Source of the DNA: Anaerolineae bacterium
Lineage (GTDB): Bacteria; Chloroflexota; Anaerolineae; B4-G1
NCBI GenBank assembly: GCA_026418995.1
Contig: JAOAAG010000168.1
Span: 1-40,113 of the forward strand
Length of the DNA stretch: 40,113 nt
Direction: 5' to 3'
The notes beneath the pieces are model-generated. The model worked only from the letters and a program-made list of their open reading frames with translations, made no database searches and was not told where the DNA came from. The translations under genes and the position numbers were made by a program. The first letter of the stretch is position 1. Every line of letters starts with the position of its first letter. This document shows positions 36,014-40,113 of this stretch, one piece after another.

Positions 36014-36913
36014 GTGAAACCGGTGGAGCTGGCAGCAGGTGTTTTCCATCTGCAGAGCGGGACGAACATCGGTCTGGCTGTACAGGACGGCCAGGGCCTG
36101 CTGATTGACGCAGGGCTTGATAAAGATGCGGCCCGGCGGGCCCAGCGCGTCGCCGACGAGCTGGGCGTGCCACTCACGGCCGTTTTCCTCACCCATGCTC
36201 ACGCTGATCACTTCGGCGGTGCCGGTTTTCTCCAGCGTAGAGCTCCAGTGCGGACCTACGCGCCTGGCCTGGAAGCCGCGATGATGGAACATCCTATTAT
36301 CGAGCCTCTGTACTTGTTTGGCGGAGCAGCTCCTATCGAGGAACTGCGCTCCAGGTTCACCTTAGCAGAGCCATGCCGGGTAGATTGCGTTGTTGCAGCA
36401 CCGGGACGACTGGAGATAGGGCCGTTCACCGTGGACGTGCTTGCTCTGCCAGGCCATGCGCCCAACCAGATGGGTCTGGCCATAGGGGGAGTTCTGTTCT
36501 GTGCCGATGCTCTGTTCCCGGACGAGACCCTGGAAAAGCACAAAGTCACCTTCTGTGTGGATATGGACGCGACGTTGGCGACATTGGCACGGCTCCCGGA
36601 GCTGAACTACGACTACTTTGCACCCGGCCATGGTCCGGCCTACCGGGCCGGTACAGAGATTGTCACGGCCTGCGCTGCCAACGCGGCACGATTGGGGGAG
36701 ATAAGGGAGCTGGTGTACGAAGGAGCAGCGGAGGCCCGGGACACGGAAACGCTGCTCCGCTACGTCGCTGACCACTACGGGCTGCATCTGACCACAGCCA
36801 CCTCCTTCTTCCTGGCCCGCGCCACAGTGCTGGCTGCGCTCAGCTCGCTGGAGAAAGCTGGTGCGGTTGCCCTCGTGGTGGAAAACAATCGCTTGCTCTG
36901 GCAGGCACGATAG
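36014..36913 (+). CDS. MBL-fold metallo-hydrolase.
   Basis: LLIDAGLD...VFLTHAHADHFGG (HxHxDH motif), then ALPGHAPNQMG and APGHGP. Start is taken at GTG 36014, downstream of the predicted promoter. The track start at 35975 overlaps the -10 element. Confidence 0.85.
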   Translation: MKPVELAAGVFHLQSGTNIGLAVQDGQGLLIDAGLDKDAARRAQRVADELGVPLTAVFLTHAHADHFGGAGFLQRRAPVRTYAPGLEAAMMEHPIIEPLYLFGGAAPIEELRSRFTLAEPCRVDCVVAAPGRLEIGPFTVDVLALPGHAPNQMGLAIGGVLFCADALFPDETLEKHKVTFCVDMDATLATLARLPELNYDYFAPGHGPAYRAGTEIVTACAANAARLGEIRELVYEGAAEARDTETLLRYVADHYGLHLTTATSFFLARATVLAALSSLEKAGAVALVVENNRLLWQAR

Positions 36914-36972
36914 TGCACAACAAGGGCTTGGCTACAGACCGGAAGTCGCTTCTGCTCCATTCCGTTCGCCTC

Positions 36973-37001
36973 TTGACTTAAGGCTGGTTTTGAGGTATAT
37001 T
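36973..37001 (+). promoter_or_regulatory. Putative promoter (TTGACT, 17 nt spacer, TATATT) for the LacI-family regulator, followed by the 8-bp palindrome CGTTAACG.
   Basis: -35 at 36973..36978 and -10 at 36996..37001. The palindrome is at about 37006..37013. Confidence 0.4.
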
Positions 37002-37026
37002 GTTATCGTTAACGGGATACCAACAG

Positions 37027-38091
37027 ATGAACAGACCCATCAGACGAGTCACGATAAAGCAGGTGGCAGAGGAAGCGGGGGTCTCAACCCAGACGGTCTC
37101 CCGCGTCATCAACGAGCGCCCGGATGTCGCCCCGGAGACGCGCCAGCGGGTCAAAGAGGTCATTGCCAGGCTCGGCTATCAGCCCAGCAGTGTAGCACGC
37201 AGCCTGATCCAGGGGCGCACGCGCACGCTGGGCGTGGTAGGGTACGGGGTGGAATACTTCGGCCCCTCTCGCAACCTCTCAGGTATTGAACAACAGGCCA
37301 GCGAAATGGGCTATGCTCTGATTCTGGACCTGGTGCGCCGGCCTGAACAAAGCAATGTCGAGCACATCTTACGCGAGATGCTCGCCAGGCATGTGGATGG
37401 CATCATCTGGGCCGTTCCCGAGATCGGGGGAAACCGGGAATGGGTGACGCAAGCTCCTCAGCTCCCCGTACCGCTGATTTTTCTCAGCACCCAACCACGA
37501 CCGGGCATCGCTATCGCTAACGTGGATAACCGGAGCGGAGGCCGGATGGCTACCCGTCATCTGATCGAGCAGGGCCGCCGCAATATAGGTATCATCACCG
37601 GTCCCCTGAGCTGGTGGGAGGCACGTCAGCGCCAGTGTGGCTGGCAGGATGCCCTTGAGAACGCCGGCCTGCCTGTTTCCGAAGAGTTTGTTGTGGAAGG
37701 GGATTGGTCAGCCGCCAGCGGAGAGCAGGGTCTGAGAATGTTGCTGGAACGGTGCTCGCGTCTGGATGCCGTCTTTGCCAGCAACGACCAGATGGCCCTG
37801 GGCGCGTTACAGGCGGCGCGCCGCGCAGGACTGCGCGTGCCTGAAGACCTGGCTATCGTCGGTTTTGATGATATACCCGAAGCAGCTTACTTTTGTCCTC
37901 CACTCACCACCATTAGACAGGATATGGTCGAGCTGGGGCGCCTTGCCGTGAGGGAACTGAGCCGCATGATTGAGGCAAGCCTGGAGGGACAGACAACAAT
38001 CGAGCCCCGGGCTATCCTGCTGCGGCCGCAGTTAATTGTGAGAGAAAGCACTGTCCCACAGGGGAATAGAACATATCTGTTCAGGAGATGA
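37027..38091 (+). CDS. LacI family transcriptional regulator.
   Basis: VTIKQVAEEAGVSTQTVSRVINERPDVAPETRQRVKEVIARLGYQPSSVARSL is the canonical LacI HTH. A periplasmic-binding-fold core follows, with VGFDDIPEAAYFCPPLTT. Confidence 0.93.
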   Translation: MNRPIRRVTIKQVAEEAGVSTQTVSRVINERPDVAPETRQRVKEVIARLGYQPSSVARSLIQGRTRTLGVVGYGVEYFGPSRNLSGIEQQASEMGYALILDLVRRPEQSNVEHILREMLARHVDGIIWAVPEIGGNREWVTQAPQLPVPLIFLSTQPRPGIAIANVDNRSGGRMATRHLIEQGRRNIGIITGPLSWWEARQRQCGWQDALENAGLPVSEEFVVEGDWSAASGEQGLRMLLERCSRLDAVFASNDQMALGALQAARRAGLRVPEDLAIVGFDDIPEAAYFCPPLTTIRQDMVELGRLAVRELSRMIEASLEGQTTIEPRAILLRPQLIVRESTVPQGNRTYLFRR

Positions 38092-38095
38092 GAGA

Positions 38096-39505
38096 ATGGC
38101 AAACACAACGCTAGGAGTCATAGTCGGAAACCGGGGCTTCTTCCCCAAGCATCTCTGCGACAGTGGCCGCAAGGAGATCCTGCGGGTGCTGGCAGAGGAA
38201 GGTATTAACGCGGTCGTCCTGGGCCCGGACGACACTCCCTACGGCTCAGTGGAGACCAGGGAGCATGCCGAAAAGTGCGCTGCGCTCTTCAAGCAACACG
38301 CCGATGCAATTGATGGTATCCTGGTCACGCTGCCCAATTTCGGCGATGAGCGCGGTGTGGCCGACGCGATCCGTCTCTCCGGGTTGAACGTACCGGTGCT
38401 GGTGCATGCCTTCCCGGATGAAGCGGGCAAGATGACGGTAGCAGACCGTCGTGATAGTTTCTGTGGCAAGATGTCCGTTTGCAACAACCTGAAGCAGTAC
38501 GGCATCAAGTTCACCCTGACCACGCTACACACCGTATGGCCAGACTCCCCCAGCTTCCGCACAGACCTGCGCGATTTCGCGGCTACCTGCCGGGTCGTGC
38601 GTGGCTTGCGCGGCGCTAGGGTCGGAGTCCTTGGCGCCAGGCCGGCCGCCTTCATCACCGTGCGTTATAGCGAGAAACTGCTGGAGAAGTACGGTATCAG
38701 CGTGGAAAGCCTGGACCTCTCCGAGGCTTTTGGCCGTGCCAACCGTCTGAAGGATGATGATGCACGGGTACGCGGGAAACTGGATGAGATCAAGTCCTAC
38801 GTACCGACTGCGGGCATCCCGTCCGACGCGCTGCTCAAAATGGCCAAGTTTGCCGTGGTGATGCAGGACTGGATTGATGAGCACAGGCTGGTCGCTACCG
38901 CCGTACAGTGCTGGACCTCGATGGAGGAATTCTTCGGTGTCGTGCCCTGCACGGTGATGAGCATGTTGAGCAACACCCTCAGTCCCAGCGCCTGCGAGAC
39001 GGACATCACTGGAGCGGTCGGCATGTATGCTATGGCGTTGGCCTCCGGTCAGCCCAGTGCGCTGCTGGACTGGAACAACAATTACGGCGATGATCCTGAT
39101 AAGGGGGTGGTTTTCCACTGCAGCAACCTCCCCAAAGCATTCTTCCAGGATATGAGGATGGATTATCAGGAGATCATCGCCGGCTCAGTGGGTAAGGATA
39201 ATACTTACGGCACCGTCGTGGGGCGCATCAAGACCGGACCGTTCACCTACTGCCGCGTGTCCACCGACGATGAGCGGGGCGTCATCCGCGCTTATCTGGG
39301 CGAGGGCGAGATCACGGATGATCCTCTGGACACCTTCGGCGGTTACGGTGTGGTGCATATCCCCAATTTCCAGAAGCTGCTCCACCACATCTGCGAGAAC
39401 GGTTACGAGCACCACGTCGCAGCCAATCTCTCGCAGTGCGCAGCGGCCGTCTGCGAGGCGCTGAGCAAGTACCTGGGTTGGGAAGTGTACTATCATTGTG
39501 GATAA
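38096..39505 (+). CDS. L-fucose/L-arabinose isomerase family protein (FucI-like sugar isomerase).
   Basis: 469 aa. The N-terminus LGVIVGNRGFFPKHLCDSGRKEI...PNFGDERGVADA is typical of the FucI-like family as I recall it. It starts 4 nt after lacI with an AGGAG ribosome binding site. Confidence 0.75.
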   Translation: MANTTLGVIVGNRGFFPKHLCDSGRKEILRVLAEEGINAVVLGPDDTPYGSVETREHAEKCAALFKQHADAIDGILVTLPNFGDERGVADAIRLSGLNVPVLVHAFPDEAGKMTVADRRDSFCGKMSVCNNLKQYGIKFTLTTLHTVWPDSPSFRTDLRDFAATCRVVRGLRGARVGVLGARPAAFITVRYSEKLLEKYGISVESLDLSEAFGRANRLKDDDARVRGKLDEIKSYVPTAGIPSDALLKMAKFAVVMQDWIDEHRLVATAVQCWTSMEEFFGVVPCTVMSMLSNTLSPSACETDITGAVGMYAMALASGQPSALLDWNNNYGDDPDKGVVFHCSNLPKAFFQDMRMDYQEIIAGSVGKDNTYGTVVGRIKTGPFTYCRVSTDDERGVIRAYLGEGEITDDPLDTFGGYGVVHIPNFQKLLHHICENGYEHHVAANLSQCAAAVCEALSKYLGWEVYYHCG

Positions 39506-39513
39506 TCGAGGTT

Positions 39514-39556
39514 AGGTGACGGTCACTTCAGCAGTGACCGTCACCTTGCTTTTTGC
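39514..39556 (+). terminator. REP-like palindromic element, copy 2, acting as an intrinsic terminator: AGGTGACGGTCACT-TCAGC-AGTGACCGTCACCT followed by TGCTTTTTGC.
   Basis: Perfect 14-bp stem at 39514..39527 / 39533..39546, then a T tract. It is 8 nt after the isomerase stop and is homologous to the hairpin at 19001..19034. Confidence 0.75.
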
Positions 39557-39571
39557 TTTGGGTTCACGTTT

Positions 39572-40094
39572 ATGATCAGGATTGCATTTATCGGAGCGGG
39601 CAGCGTTGTTTTCACCCGCAATTTGTGCAGCGATATCCTCCTGACGCCGGCATTGCAGGAGAGCACCATCGCACTGATGGATATAGATGCCAACCGGCTC
39701 AAACAGGCCCACGATATCGTTCAGGCCATGGTGGAGCACCGGGGGCTGAGCCATAAGACCCGTGTGGAGGCCACCCTCGACCGGCGCGAGGCAGTGAAGG
39801 GGGCAGATTACGTTATCACCACCTTTCAGCAGGGAGGACTGGAGGCATACCGGCTGGACATCGAGATCCCCAGGAAGTACGGTGTGGAACAGTGCGTGGG
39901 CGATACGCTTGGTCCAGGTGGTGTGTTCCGCGCCCTGCGCACGATCCCGGTGCTCCTCGATCTGTGTGATGAGCTGGACGAGTTAGCACCGGATGCGCTG
40001 CTGATCAATTATGTCAACCCGATGGCGGCCAATTCCTGGGCCGTGTTCGAGGGCTCAGGCCACCCCTACGTGGGTTTCTGTCACAGTGTACAGG
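39572..40094 (+). CDS. Glycoside hydrolase family 4 (alpha-glucosidase / alpha-galactosidase). 5-prime partial, truncated by the contig end.
   Basis: Manual translation from ATG 39572 gives MIRIAFIGAGSVVFTRNLCSDILL...IALMDIDANRL...GADYVITTFQQGGLEAYRLDIEIPRKYGVEQCVGDTLGPGGVFRALRTIPVLLD...LINYVNPMAANSW...VGFCHSVQ. This includes the NAD-binding GAGS motif and the GH4 CHSVQ motif. It is absent from the ORF track because there is no stop before the adapter. Confidence 0.88.
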
Positions 40095-40113
40095 CTGTCT
40101 CTTATACACATCT
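40095..40113. other. Nextera/Tn5 mosaic end (CTGTCTCTTATACACATCT). Technical sequence.
   Basis: Exact match to the reverse complement of the 19-nt mosaic end seen at 15..33. Confidence 0.95.

Noticed and set aside
37003-37018. LacI-type operator downstream of the lacI promoter (TATCGTTAACGGGATA).
   Set aside because: Only the 8-bp core CGTTAACG is palindromic, and its centre is TA rather than the CG typical of LacI-family operators. The flanks need a 2-nt gap to align. I mention it in the promoter feature but it is too weak to call.
39497-39505. Perfect DnaA box (TGTGGATAA, the reverse complement of TTATCCACA).
   Set aside because: It is a single occurrence formed by the last codons and stop of the isomerase gene. 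There is no cluster of boxes, no AT-rich unwinding element and no dnaA/dnaN nearby, so it is not an origin.

Overview
This is a GC-rich bacterial contig of about 40.1 kb. Both ends are untrimmed Illumina Nextera/Tn5 adapter (1..33 and 40095..40113), so the contig ends are artificial and the terminal genes are truncated. Coding density is high, with about 33 CDS and many 1-25 nt gaps or ATGA overlaps. I saw no rRNA, tRNA, CRISPR array, transposase or integrase.

Content from left to right:
- a leftward sugar ABC-uptake operon (binding protein, FGE/SUMF1-domain lipoprotein, two permeases)
- a two-component pair: an HTH/degenerate-ATPase/receiver protein convergent with a hybrid histidine kinase
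- a MarR-regulated ABC exporter
- glycerate 2-kinase coupled to an orphan binding-protein-like lipoprotein
- alaS, an unknown 521-aa membrane protein, ruvX and mltG
- a LivK-like binding protein
- a clear SAM-I (S-box) riboswitch with terminator, in front of a cystathionine-gamma-synthase-family gene and aspartate kinase
- adenine deaminase, an O-antigen-ligase-like protein and a PfkB-family kinase
- a split purH
- an MBL-fold hydrolase
- a LacI / FucI-like isomerase / GH4 glycosidase sugar locus

The sigma-70-region-4-like N-terminal modules and the overall style suggest a Chloroflexota-like organism. This is inference only.

The main lead is a self-contained plus-strand operon at about 29.3-33.7 kb. 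It encodes:
- a small zinc-ribbon membrane protein
- a 558-aa DUF2207/TIGR04222-like single-pass membrane protein whose predicted cytoplasmic C-terminus is GGGGCACACACAGCACACAGGGR, encoded by a TGYGCC hexanucleotide repeat
- a 23-codon micro-ORF that overlaps the next start codon
- a radical SAM/SPASM enzyme with a fused PqqD-like recognition domain
- a tightly coupled FAH-family enzyme

I read this as a candidate undescribed radical-SAM maturation system acting on a Cys-Ala repeat tail of a large membrane protein. The micro-ORF peptide is an alternative substrate.

Secondary leads:
- a REP-like palindrome present twice with a compensatory stem change
- an in-frame split purH
- an FGE-domain lipoprotein inside a sugar ABC operon
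- an unexplained noncoding region of about 430 bp upstream of the riboswitch
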